Assembly (NCBI GenBank): GCA_023213395.1
Contig: CM041465.1
Span: forward strand, 5,270,001-5,334,000
Direction of reading: 5' to 3'
DNA: 64,000 bases
Source: Cycas panzhihuaensis
Lineage: Eukaryota; Plantae; Cycadophyta
Position numbers and translations under genes: made by a program. The stretch's first letter is position 1. Every line of letters begins with the position of its first letter. Positions 13,244 to 26,252 of the stretch are shown piece by piece. Under the pieces are notes generated by a model. That model searched no databases and was not told the origin of the DNA. It saw only the letters and a list, made by a program, of their open reading frames with translations.

Positions 13244-16200
13244 ATGAAGCTTATCTCTTGGAATATCAGAGGAGAAAATCCTCCTCGAAGCAGAGGGTGC
13301 TGAAGGAATTAAGATTAAGAGAATGACCAGATCTGATATTTTTATAGGAAACTAAGTTGGATAAAGTTAATAACAATAGGGTTAAAGAAAAAATATGGAA
13401 AAAAATTGATATGGGGGTGGTGGATAGCTACCAAGGTATATGGGGTTTGATGATGTTGTGGAACTCGAAAGACTGGGTGCGGGAAGAATTCTTATTAGAA
13501 GGATGTCATATTTTGATATGGATTACTAGTAATAGGACCGATGCAAAATGGCTAGCGACAAATGTTTATGCTCCAAATTGGTTTAAAGGAAGAAGATCTT
13601 CATGGGAAAGGATTTTGGAGGGTCACAGGGGATGCTCAACCCTATGGTTGGTGGAGGGAGATCTGAATATGCCTTTGTTACTAGGAGAAAAAAGAGTAGG
13701 CCAGGAGGGCTGGATGAGTAGCATGCAGGATCTCAATAGCTTTATGCAGAGGGTGGACTGGTGGATGTCCCCCTCAGAGGAGCGAACTTTCCTTGGTCAA
13801 ATAGGTGTTTCAGTAGCCACCATATCCAGGTGAAGTTAGATAGGATTATGCTCAATTATGAATGGTCAATAAGATATGAAGATTTTTATTTGGAGGTGCT
13901 TCCGAAAACATTATCAAACCACTCTTCCCTTTAATTTGCATTGTCCAATTTTGAGAAGCACTTGGGTTCCCCTTTCAGATTTGAGATGATGTGGAATTGA
14001 TATCCAAATTTTAGAGAGTTGATTGAAGGTTGGTGGGGATTCCTTGTTCAGGGTCATACAATATATAGATTATTAAGAAAGCTAGACTGAATCAAGAGGG
14101 AAGTGAAAAGAGGGACTTGAAAGCCAAAATTCAATAGGAAGGCAGAAATGAGGAGGTGGATAAGGTAGAGAGAGGTTTAGTTAAGAGTTTAGAGGAGACC
14201 CTAAGTAGGGAGGAGGCCCATTGGAGATAGAAATCTAGGGCCATTTAGCTAGCTGAGGGGGACAGAAATACTAAATTCTTTCATATGATAATGGTGAAAC
14301 ATAAAGCAAGTAATATAATAAGTAGCCTCTACAAGAAATATGGGGAGAGAGTAAATAGTATGGAAGATTTAAAGGATACAACTATAGAATATTTCACAAA
14401 GCTCTTTGAACAGCTAGGATGTATTGACAGAGATGCTTTGAGGGATTTTTTAAGCTCAATTATGAAGTTGGTCAAGGATAATCATAATCAGAGGTTGGAA
14501 GCTCCCTTTACTATGGAGGAGATAAGAGATGTTATGTTTGGCATGAAAAGGGAAAAAGCTCCAGGTTTGGATGGATTCCCCCCTAGTTTTTTCCAAGATT
14601 TTTGGGATATAATCAAAGGGGACTGATTGATGCTTAGCATGAGTTTCAGAAGAATTGGAAGTTGTTGAGAGAGTGGAAAGCAACATTTATAGTCCTAATA
14701 CCTAAGAAGGAAGGGGCATGTAGGATGGAGGATTTTTGGCCTATAAACCTTTGTAATATGAAGTATAATATTTTGATGAAGGTCCTAGCTAATAGATTAA
14801 AAAAGGTCATACTAGAGATTATCTCTAAGAATCAAGATGGATTTGTACAAGGTAGACATATTTTGGATGGAATAATAGTTGTCCACGAAACCCTCCACTC
14901 GACCATCCAAAGAAAGGAGTCTGGCATGTTAATTAAAATTGATATGTTGAAAGCTTATGATAGAGTTTCTTGGGAATGCCTTCTAGAATGCATGGAAGCT
15001 TTTGGTTTTGAAGATATATGGAGAGAGTGGGTGAAATTATACATTTCTAACCCCTAACTCTCTATTATTGTTAATGGATTATCCTCTAGCTTCTTCTAGG
15101 GATATAGAGGACTAAGCTAAGGGGACCCACTTTCCCCTTACCTATTTATTATTATGGTAGAAATGTTGGGTAGGACTATGGAGGAGGCCAGGAGAAGTGG
15201 GACACTCAAGGGGCTAAAGCCTACTTTTGGTATCGACAATGTGGTCCATCATCAATTTATAGATGATAATATATATTTGGGTAAGGATGCATTAGGGGAA
15301 GCATGAACCATTAAAGATGGGATGGAAAGGTTTAAGAGAGCCATAAATTAAAAGATAAACTTTAATAAGAGTAGTGTGTTCTTTATCAACACGCTAGAGA
15401 TCATTGAAAGGAGGACTAGCAAGATCTTAGAGATGGCCATTAGGAAGTTGCCGACCACATACTTGGGAATGCCATTATTTATAGCAGGAACGACAAAAGA
15501 TGTGTGGGACCCTATTATAGATAGGATTCAAAAGAAATTGACAAGTTTGAAAGGAGCTCTTCTTAGCTAGGCTGGGAAGCTACAATTAGTGGCTACAATG
15601 CTTCAAAGTATTCCGGTATACTAGATGCCATTATTTAGAGTACCAACAAAGGTGATATCCGTGTTAGAGTTGATCCAGAAGAGATTTCTTTAGTTAGGGT
15701 CAGAGGAAAAAGACACAATTCATGTGGTAAAATAAGAGAAGATTTGCCAACCTAAATGGGCTGGGGGCCTCAACCTTAGATGATTAACCTTATTTAATGA
15801 GGCTCTTGTGGCTAAGATCAGTTGGCGATTGGTCAAAAAGGAAGGTGGCACATGGGACAAGATTGCATTACACAAATACATGCTGTGGAGTCAAATTTTA
15901 AAGAAGACTCAACCTCCTTCTAGTGGATCTAGCATCTAGAGGAGCATTTTAAAATCCAAAAACATGCTAAAGGCTGGAGTTTAGTGGAAGCTAGGAGATA
16001 GGAGAACCATAAGTTTTTGGGAGGATATACGTTATGGAGATGAGAAATTAAATAGAAAAGAGGAGTTGGCCCCTTTGCAACCCTTATGCGAGAGGAGATA
16101 TAGGACTCTCGTAAAGGATTATTAGAGTGGGGAGGGGATGGAAAGAAGATGGAGAACTTTTGAGGATCTTCAAGGAGAGGACGTGGACCAAGAAAGGTTG

Positions 16201-16911
16201 GAAGCCTTAACCAAGGAGATTAACATGTATTATATACTGAAGAGAAAGATAGTTGATTATCAGGTATGGCCATATTCTTAGAGTGGGGACTATTCAGTTA
16301 AAAAAGGATATGATTTCTTGTGTCTTGAAAAGGAATACATAAAGTCTCCTCTGTTGGAAGGAGTCTGGAAATTAGACTTGATTCCTAAGATTATGGTTTT
16401 CTAGTGGATATGTCTAAAAAATAAAATTCTTACTGTGGACAACCTCAAGAAGAGAGGTTTTGTAATGCCAAATAGGTGCATACTTTATTGCAACGGGGAG
16501 GAGTCAATATATCACATTCTCCTTCACTGCAGTTTTTCTAAGGGATTGTGGAGGATGATTATGGATCTCTTCGAGGTATGTTAGGCCCCATCAAAAAATC
16601 TGATAGATCAATGGGTTGCCTAGAGAAGCCTGGTTTGAAGTAGTTATTTAGCTAGCATATGGAAAGCTTCCTTCTTGATAATGATGTGGAAGTTATGGAA
16701 GGAGAGGAATATGAGGGTGTTCCAAGGAAAGCAGATGGATGAGACTAGAATTACCAGCTTAATCATCTCAGAGATGGGGGAAAATATGAAGTCTAGAGAG
16801 GAGAGAAGAGTTTCGCCGAGAGAAATCTTTATCTTGAAGAAGTGGGGGATAAACCCAAGGATTCAGAAGGAGGAGATTAAGAGACAGGTTGAGGAGGATG
16901 GATTAAAGTGA
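13244..16911 (+). pseudogene. LINE-1 ORF2 (APE endonuclease, RT, zf-RVT), disrupted
   Basis: MKLISWNIRG start, NVYAP, GDLN, KAPGLDGF, KIDMLKAYDRVSW, HQFIDD, YLGMPL, NRC..C..EESIYHILLHC. Confidence 0.9.
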
Positions 16912-18317
16912 AGTAAAAGAGCTAGCCACTAGGCTTGTCGTGGCAAGAGTGTTATCTTGTTTGGGAGGGTTCAACTAGGCCAAGGGCTTGTCATGGCCAC
17001 TTTGATATTAGGACTGATAGGACTTTTGATGTAAAAGGTTGTGGGATCCTCTTTTAAAACCCAACATTCTTTCTTGTACCTAATAAAAAAGAAAAAAAAC
17101 ATATAAAAAGCTTTTGTGAATTAATAGCTATTGTATGGTTAGTTTAAATGGCATCACCCTTAAGCATGTCTTTCTTGATAGTTTGATTGGTATTATCTAT
17201 TTTAAGTTATTATGTCTAAATCCTAAGTCCTATATTAAAGTTAAATAACTTCTTCATTAATATAAGCATACCTTAATTTACTTAGGATTGATGATTATTA
17301 AGAATCTAACCTCTCTTTAAGCCATTTGTCTTGATAACCTAAATAAAGATAGTGTTATTAATGGGCTCTACCCCTTCCTCTTCCTTACAAAGTTGCTTGA
17401 CAAGTTATATAAATAACTCTGCCTACTTTGCTTATTTTCCAAACTTAGTATTTTTTATCACCTAATTAATATAACTTGTTTAAAATCTTATTGCAAAAAA
17501 TGAGCTACAAAATATACTCACTCAAATTGTACAATACTGACCTAATAGATCATGAAATAACCAACTAAAAGGGTAATGTAATCCACTCCCTTATTCTTGA
17601 GAAAATATTATACTCCTTATTGGTCCTCAAAATAAGTAGCCACAACATCTTATTAAACCCTTATACTACAACAAATATGGTAAAAATAACCATTAACAGA
17701 ATATCTATTATGAGCAAATTTGTTGTTAATTTGCCAAGTTTCCAACACCTATACCAATTATAGCTACTTCAATCAGTATTGAACTAATTAAGGGCAACCT
17801 TACAACTCCAACCAAGAGTTGGGAATGTATAAAACCCCTTTTCTTGATAACAACAACCAAACTACATAAATGGTACAATCTATTTCTCCTAATCCCCAAT
17901 ATTAACTTATGGCATAGATTCAAAACCTTTGAAATTAATTATATAAATTACAAGTGTATCATCTACCTATTTTGAATCCTTCTTAGATTATAGGTTCTCA
18001 ATCTTTTACCTTGATTTTAAATGCTTTTGAACCTACATTTATTCCTAGTTACACTTCACTTAGATAAAATACTAATATTTTCCATTAACTCTCCTTAAGT
18101 ATTCAAATTTCTCTACCTAGATTATCAAGCAAAGTAGTTGGAAAAAAGATTATGTTATAAATTTACCTTAAAGAACCCAATTCTATTGAGCAATCTCACA
18201 TATTTATAGTTCAAACATAATCTCAAGTTGCAAAATAGAATGATAATTATGAAAATGAGTTAGAAGAAAAAAAATTACCTATTATAGTTTTTAGAATTGC
18301 ACAACAAAATGTGTTTG

Positions 18318-21300
18318 TGAAATTATGATTAGAATTGTAAAAGCATAGTCATATTGTACACAGAATGAACACTAGGTTTGGACAGGTGGAAAACCCCTTT
18401 AGGGGATTAAAAAACCACCTTAAAAAATAATAGATAATATTATTAAATGCATGTTATATAATTGATGAATCTACCCTCTTCACCACCCTTGGGAGTGAAA
18501 ATATGATACTTTAAATAGGTTAAGATGGGAAACCACCCAATCAACCATTTTTTTAATTAATACATTAAAAGACATAAGATAACATTATTTGCTAACATCC
18601 CCCTTTAATGATATCTTATATAAAGAAAGATGATGATGACTTTAACATGTTGATCCCCTTTTAAGGAAGACTCCATCAATCTTGTTTAGTTGATGCGATT
18701 TAATAAACTTAGCTTCTATAAGCATCTTGGCTAAGATATTTATAGCATAAATATCTATAGTATAATATAACAAGTGAATAATTCCATCATTTATCAACTT
18801 TTAAATAAAATATTGATGTAGTTCAATGTTGTTTGTTTTGGAATAAGCAATAAGATTAATAACAATTAGAATAACACTTTGATTATCAACATTTAATTTT
18901 ATAGAAGATAAAGGAAAATGAAGTTTATTAAATAAATACTAAATCCATAATGCCTCTTTGCTTACTTTAATAGAAGCTTTATATTTATCTTTAGTTGTAT
19001 AGAGTATTAATGAATGAATCATTTTACTTGACTAGGTTATTGGAGAAGAGTTTAAAAAAAGGACACACTCAATTGTAGATTTCCTTTTATAAATATCTAT
19101 TATCTAATTAAAATTTGTATAACTAGTTAGCTCAAGATGATTATCAAATTGTTTATATATTAAACCAAAATAGGTTGTATCCTTAAAACATCTTAGAATT
19201 CTCTTAGCTACTTTACAATATGATTCATGTGATTATTGCATGAATCTAGAATACAAAGCTATTGAGTAAGAAATATTAGGATGTGTGTGTGTAAGATAAA
19301 TTAAACTACCAATCAATTTTCAATATAAGGTTAGGGAAATAGGTGGTGTAATGCAATCAACAATCAACTTGGTTCTAGATTAAATAAGGGTTAGGGTAGG
19401 TTTGTAGTCTTTCATGTTAAACCTTTTAAGAAGGCCCATAATATGTTTAGGTTGAGAAATAACAATTTTACTCTCTTTTTGATAAATTTGAAGTGCTAAA
19501 AATTAGTGTAATAGACCTAAGTCTGTCATTTCAAATTGAGACATTAAGTTAGATTTTATATTTAAAATATTAGAAATGGAAGATTGAGTGATTATGACAT
19601 CATTTACATAAAGAATTAAGAAGGTAATATCATTATTATCTTTCTTAAAATAGATATTAAAATTGTTAATGCATTTACTAACACCACTATTTAAGAGATA
19701 TTGATCAATTTTATTGTATCAATCCCTAGAGGTTTGTTTAAGTCCATATAAAGAACTCTTTAGTTTGTAGACTAAATTAGCATCTGAAGTAAAATCTTGA
19801 GGTTGTTTCATGTAAATTTGTTCTTTTAAATCACCATTTAAAAAGATACTTTTAATATCAATTTGGTGTATTTTCTAATCAAATTTAGTTGCAAGTGATA
19901 TACTAATTTTAGTAAGGTTTATTTTAGTTATTGGGGCAAATATTTCATTATAGTCTATTGCATCAACTTAACAAAAACCTTTAACAACTAAATATACTTT
20001 ATGATTTTTAATTGCACCTTCATAATTATATTTTGTATAATAGACACATTTATAGCCTACCAAATTTTTTTCTTGAAGGAAGAGAAATTAAGTTCCAAGT
20101 GTTATTTTTAATAAGAGCATCAAATTTAGTATTCATTACTTATTGTCAGATTGGATTTTGACTGGCTTCTTTAAAGGAATTTAGATTAGTTTGAGATATT
20201 ATCTTTACCATAAGGGCAAAGTTAACTTATTATTTTTGAGATATATTTTTCCTAAAATTAGAAGGATTACCATCATCTTTTCTAGTATTAGAGATGGTTT
20301 TCTTGACCTATTTAACAAAACCTAATAAAACTAGTAAAATAACTTTAAACTTATTTCTCTAAATTTATCATGTCTTCATCATTATTTTTAGTTGGTTTAT
20401 TATTTAGTTTAGGTACACAATTATTTGTGTGAATCTCTTCAACAAGTAAAAATATTTAGTTGAGATTAGAATTTGATGAAGATCCTTTTTCATCAAACTT
20501 AACATTATGTTTAATAGATATTATTGGGTTAAATAAGCGATAAGCTTTGCTTTCTTCATTATAGCCCATAAGAAGATATCTAAAACTTTTAGTATTATGT
20601 TTTTACATTTTTTCTTTAGGGATATATACCTATGTGATACTTCCAAAGATTCTAAGATGTTTGACAGTTAACTTTCTTCTAGAGCATTTTTCTTCAAGTG
20701 TTACATTATCTAAGCTTTTAGTTAGTAATCTATTTAACAAATAATTAGAGCAATTTATGGCTTTAGCCCAAAGTTTTAAATCTTAGTTTTTTGAATATAA
20801 CATGCATCTTTCTATTTTAACTAGACTTCTATTTTTTCTTTCGGTCACTCCATTTTGTTGTGGAGTATAAGCAACTGCATGTTGAAGTTTGAGACTATTT
20901 TTTTATAGTGAGTACTAAATTCATTACTAATATACTTTTTAGTATTATTTGGTCTTAAAATTTTAATTTTGTAATTAGATTTATTTTCTACTAAGACTTT
21001 GAATTCTAAGAAAGTATTAACAATTTTATTCTGACCTTTGAGAAGATACACTTAACACTTTCTAGAATAATCATCAATAAAGGTTATAAACTGGTAACTA
21101 CTAGAATAAGAATATACTTAAAGAGGTCACAAATATTTAAATGGATGAGTTCTAAGAGTTGCTTAGCTCTAAAATTGGTTTTTTATTAAAAAGAATCTAT
21201 ATGTTGTTTGCCTACCAAGTAGGCTTCACATACTTCTTAAATCATTTTAAGAGCAGGTAGTCCAAGAACTAGGTTATGTTGAGTTAGGAATCATAGTTTT

Positions 21301-22670
21301 TCATTACTCGTATGACTAGAATGAGCATGACAAAGTTTATTGTCTGGGTCTCATTAGGCAATCAAAGAAGTGAAGGTTTTCTATTTAGTAGAATGAGTTG
21401 ATCAGAATAGATGATAGAGATCAATCTTATGATCAATAGGTCCAGAAGCAATGGCTTTGAATTTATTTGATGATTACTTAATGATAAAATTATCTTTCTA
21501 AAATTCAACAAGAAGATCTTTCTGTAAATTTAATAGATAGAAAGAAGATTAGGTAAAAGACTAGAGACATAAAAGACATTATTAATTAAGCCATTTTTCA
21601 AAGAGATATTGCCAGTTTCGGCTACTTAGAGCTAGGAACTACTTTCGAAAGAAATTTCTTCTTTAGAATTGAGTCTTGGTTTATAAGTAGATAGTAGTTT
21701 TGGTTTTCCTATAATATGGTGTATAGCTCTAGAATTTAAAATCCAAGAAGGAGTTTATGTTATTAGAGTAGAAAAGGCTAATGTAAAAGTAATTAAAGAA
21801 TAATAGTATTTTGGTTGAACACTCTTAGAGGCTTTCCAAGATTCAGAAACAACTCTATTTCTACATACATAAATGGCATGGCCTTTCTTATAACAATAGG
21901 AATATGTTAAGATAGAATTAGATTTAGAGAAGTGTTTGTTTTGATGAAATTTATTTTGTGTAGTTTGATTTTTAGAATTGGTGGGATTAAATTTAGAATG
22001 ATTACTAGGAATGGGATTCTTGTATGATTTATGGGGTTTAGAAGCATTGCAATGTTTAGTAACAATTTGAAAATTCTAATTTTTTGGTTTTTTAGAGTTT
22101 GAGTTAGAGAAAAAGACCTATGAGGTGTCGTTTAATTCTTTTATTTGGATTAACAATGATTGATATTCAACTAACTAGTTTGTAAGTTCATTAAAGGAGA
22201 TGATTAAATAACCCCACTACTGTTAAGTAGTTTTGTACTGGTTAAAAGCTTTAGGTAGCTTACTAATAGTAATACATATGAGTGTTTTGTTATCTTTGTA
22301 ATGGGTAATAATTATTGTTGTCTCTTTTTATCTAATAACTATTTTAATATAGTTACCAAGTTTGGTGTTGATTAATTATAAGTGGGATAGAAATTCTTTA
22401 ACTCTTGAAAAATCTTCATACTTCAGGTTATACAATTTCTATTCTAAAATGGCTACTTGAGTAGTAGCTATCTTTTTATATTTGCTTTTAAGTTTAGTCT
22501 AAACATTAGCTAGTCCATCTGTGTTAGTGAATTATCATATGATATAAGAAGAGAGAGAGGTAAGGATGGTGCTTAAGGCTCCATTAGAGTTCATTAGATA
22601 TACCACATAGGTGTCTAAGATTTTATCTATAAGTGGTTTGAATTATCTAATAATATATCTCCACAACTTT
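18318..22670 (-). mobile_element. Ty1/Copia element C, highly degenerate; 5' LTR and gag start lost; same family as G
   Basis: 3' LTR ~18318-18597 with adjacent PPT (TCCCCCTTTAA on +). RH, RT, INT (ORF 20845-21051), knuckle YCYKKGHAIYVC, gag KLWRYII..YLMNSNGALST. LTR shares GACAGGTGGAAAACCCC with G. Confidence 0.85.
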
Positions 22671-22671
22671 T

Positions 22672-23190
22672 ATTCCACCTTTCTGCAAGTGTGCCATGTC
22701 CTCTACATTTAAGGCCATCCCTCCAATCCAAGGGAGTGCGTCCCGAATCTCGTCTGCTATGTAGTAGGGCAGATAAGCTTATGGTTGGTATATAATCATA
22801 AACAAGCAATTTCTCATCTTTGGAGAAGTAGAAAGCCCTGATAGGCACTAAATTCCTATGCTAAATCCTTCTAACCAGTTCCATTTGCTGCTTGAAGTCC
22901 TTCCGATTGGCTATGACATCTTTCAGTTGTTTAACCATAATGGTGGTCCCATCTTCCAGCACTGCCTTGTAAGCAGTTCCTACATTTCCCTTCCCCAACA
23001 CCTTGGCAGAAGCATGAAGAAGGTCTTCTAGATCAGAAGTATACTGATTGCCCTCAAAGGATACTAGTTTGTTGTGCTCTACCTCTTGAGCCGAGCTCGA
23101 ATATTCATCCTTAGAAGGCCCTCCCTTCTCCATTGAAGTCCTCTCAGCCTTTTGTGGCTTCTTCGCTATGCCACGGTCCTAGGTCTTCAT
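22672..23190 (-). pseudogene. Fragment of an LRR-III receptor-like kinase (At2g26730/RKL1-like): juxtamembrane region and kinase subdomains I-VIa; no intron in the fragment
   Basis: ORFs 22861-23133 and 22627-22848 are one frame split by a single TAG: [84 protein letters not shown], then frameshifted [13 protein letters not shown]. Confidence 0.92.
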
Positions 23191-23220
23191 AGCAGTGTCT
23201 ATGCAGGTTTGACAGCTTGG

Positions 23221-23232
23221 TGGTATCACAGT
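23221..23232 (+). promoter_or_regulatory. Primer-binding site (tRNA-iMet) of element D
   Basis: TGGTATCACAGT versus consensus TGGTATCAGAGC. Confidence 0.7.
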
Positions 23233-24764
23233 GCAGACAAGGGCATTTTGGATTCATTTTTTTAATCTTTTAATATATATTTTTTATAAAGTTAAAAAAA
23301 TTAAGTTTTATAAAATTTAAAATCTAGCATTTAAACACCTTAACTCCCTTTAAAAGTTTAACCTCACGATCATATTAATCCCTCCACATAACCTTAATAT
23401 ATTGTTGAAAGGGCTAATTCAAATTTTATAAATTTTTTTCTTTTTTAATTTTTAAAAAATTTCATTAAACATAGGGTACCCAACAAATTTTTGCCATAAC
23501 TTTTGATTTAAGCATCAGTTTCTGATGAAACTTATCCTATTGCATCTAAAATTTTTTGAGGTATGATTTCAACTGATCATATACCATATTCAAAATTTAT
23601 TTGACCTGCTTTCAATTAGTTTAAAGTCAGTCACTCATTTTCAAAGCTATTTTAAACTATTTTCACAAAATCACTTTTTAATAAATTATATTTTATCACC
23701 ATGAGATTATTCTCTACCTATATCTTCTCTGCAACAATCTATTATTAACAAACTTCATCGCCATCTATTCATTATATTTTTTAGTATTTATTTTAATCAT
23801 TGTTTGAATCAGTGAAAGTGACACTTTAGTATTTTTTAGCATATTTACATAAAAAGTACCACTTGCATTTTCAACTATATCTCCTCATCCAAAAATCAAA
23901 ATTTAAAACCGTAGGATTCTTTGGAATCTTGATTCAGAGCACTACTACTTGAAGGCATCCTTTGCTTAATTTGGCTCAATATCATGCATTTTGAGTAGGT
24001 CAAAGTTGACCTTATTTTTACTGCCTATTTGATTAACTTTGGCAGGACACTTTTTACAATTTATTTAATATCTTGAGCTACATAGCTCAAAATTGAGTTT
24101 TGTCTAATTTTGGTAAAAGGTTTTTTAGAGATATATAGTTTTAAGTTGGTTTTATTACATTTTGAGTCTATTTTGTATGTGCTCTAAGTAAAAATATATA
24201 AAATAGACTCAAAGTAAATGGGTATAATTCATTTTTTTGAAGTTTCTTTTTTATTTTTCTAAAGTAAAAATATACATATATATTTCAGATTTCAATTTTA
24301 TATATCTTATTTAAGGCAAAGGATTTCATGCATTGAAAAATCAAGTCATTTTCTTGCATTAAAAGTTTGTATTTACTCATTTGAAAAATTAAAAGGTTAA
24401 GAATTCATTATTTTTTCATCATCAAAGTTTCAATTCAGATTTGCATAATTAAAATGATCTTAGTTATATTTATTATATTTCAAATTTTATCTGAAATCGT
24501 ATCTTATAAGTTTGTCATTTATTCAAAAGACATACATTTATTAAAAAGCATTTTTTATTCATCCTTATTGAAAAGATCATTTCCTTATTGCACTTATAAA
24601 AGTAGCATCTAGTTGATTCACTTTTTAAAGGCATTTTTTTTTACTTTCAAGGGGCATTGCATTTCTTTCAAAGAGTATATTTTAAATTATATAAGTTTAT
24701 TGATTTATTGAGTTATTGACTTGGTAAAAGCATATTCCTTTTATGTACTAAAGTTTTCTATAAA

Positions 24765-25464
24765 ATGGAAATCAATCTAAATAAAATATAATTTCCTATA
24801 TTTGATGGCCATAAATTTTCACAATGGCATAAAATAATGTAAAATTATTTTATTACACATGATCTTTATAAATACTTACAAAATGAATATGATCTTAATA
24901 TTAAATAAAACTTTAAAAAGGATAATGAAGTCTTAGGGATATTATTTTGCACTATAGATGATAATGTGTTTTCTAAAGTTTGTGAACTGACAACTTCCAA
25001 ATTCGTATGGGACATCTTAGTTTCTACTTATGGTGGAGATACCCTTAGTGAATTTAACATTAATATTGTTGAGCATATGAGACAGGTGCCAGAGCAAGTG
25101 GATTGTAATGACAAGACCAAGGAAGATTCAAGTCAAATGCATGATTATCTTATTGCACAAGAACTTGATCCTCCATTTGAGGGGGAGAAATATGATGATA
25201 TGATAGTCACTCATAACGTAAAGACTTTATAAGACAAAGTTAAAGTTCCAGTTGATAAAGTCAAAGTTGCACCTACACCTCCACATTTAAATCAAGCTTC
25301 ATTTACTTGCAGATTTTTTGTATCACTCAATGGCAAAGACACACACATTGCTAAAATGATGAAGTAAGTTAAAAGATAGATTTTAAAAGTTTTTTTTTTA
25401 AGTACAAATTTCACACGTTTAAAGAGAAGACAAAGTTGTTCGTGATGACCATTAAGGGGGAGAA
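24765..25464 (+). pseudogene. gag: Copia gag N-terminus plus unknown tail (element D ORF), disrupted
   Basis: PIFDGHKFSQWHKIM..THDLYKYL..KKDNEVLGIIFCTIDDNVFSKVCELTTSKFVWDILVSTYGG (ORF 24966-25232); ends KFHTFKEKTKLFVMTIKGE. Confidence 0.8.
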
Positions 25465-25849
25465 TATTGGGATTAATGATTATCACCCACTCTCACCTTT
25501 CAACCAGGAGTGCACACCCCACTTCCACCAATTTACACATGTGGGTGCTCACATATGAAGGTAAGTGTAAGGTAAGGTTAAGTTGATTTGAGTTAAGTTA
25601 TTTTGAGTTAAGTTTGTAATATTTTATTATTGTTTAAATTTTAGGGGTTGAGAAGTTTCCCTCTTCCCCCAAATTATATATTTGGAGGGATGTGCAACCC
25701 TAGTATCTTTAGACACTGCCTACTTTTGGACATTTGTAATGCTCTCTCTAAAAGATAGATTGAATATAAAGGATTATGTATTTTATGTAACAATGTATTG
25801 ATTATGTGATTATGCTCTGCCCTGTTCTCCATTATTGTAGATTCTTACA
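25465..25849 (+). repeat. 3' LTR of element D
   Basis: Follows the PPT, starts TATTGGGATTAAT (TG>TA), has TATATA, ends CTTACA; homologous to 4132-4554. Confidence 0.75.
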
Positions 25850-26226
25850 ATATTGTCAATACATCTTCAATGATACTATATATTCGATACCATATCTTTC
25901 TTCATAAATTTTATGGTGTATCATAAATCTCTTTATTTATTTAGCAGTATCACATCCTTCATACGATGGATTTTATAGTCTATTTTAATAGTATCCTTTC
26001 TACCTGGTTGTAGGTATGTTAATATTTTTAGTGGTATGATTCTTTTACTTTCATATTTATATTAGTTTTATCTTTTATTCTTAGGATTACTTAATTCACT
26101 TATTAGTTATTTTTTGTTATTTAAATTCTGTTAGTTTCTTCTTGAATTCTCTCATTTTAGGTTGTTAGTGTTCTTTTCATTTTATTTCCTTATTTTTGTT
26201 TTACTGGAGGATTAAGTGGTTGCCAC

Positions 26227-26252
26227 AAAAAAAAAAAAAAAAAAAAAAAAAA
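26227..26252 (+). repeat. Poly(A) homopolymer, 26 nt
   Basis: Seen directly. Confidence 0.95.

Larger units (their letters stand above)
11074..17097 (+). mobile_element. LINE-1 (plant L1 clade), near full length, decayed, lacking an RNase H domain
   Basis: 17-bp TSD AACATATAAAAA(A/G)CTTT at 11057-11073 and 17098-17114; A-rich tail at ~17085-17099; ORF1 and ORF2 remnants. Confidence 0.92.
10581..18317 (+). mobile_element. Old Gypsy remnant B (Retrotrans_gag region), interrupted by LINE-1
   Basis: IPLNLPKFYNKPNEDP*KYIDAF at ~10760. Joining across the LINE TSD restores LSYKQTLH*SIG*HIKSFCEL, a gag motif. Right extent is approximate. Confidence 0.55.
23221..25849 (+). mobile_element. Non-autonomous gag-only Copia-derived LTR element D; 5' LTR missing
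   Basis: PBS, 1.5-kb AT-rich leader, gag remnant from 24765, no pol, PPT AAGGGGGAGAA 25454-25464, LTR 25465-25849. Confidence 0.8.

Noticed and set aside
22627-23133. Kinase ORFs as a functional gene
   Set aside because: In-frame stop and deletions; no LRR, TM or kinase C-lobe; fused to transposon gag.
23513-23532. CATCAG-TTT-CTGATGAAAC as a hammerhead core
   Set aside because: CTGATGA is not followed by stem II and a separate GAAA; it is only a short hairpin.
26227-26252. Poly(A) as the tail of a SINE or retrocopy
   Set aside because: No TSD, Pol III boxes or coding sequence seen upstream.
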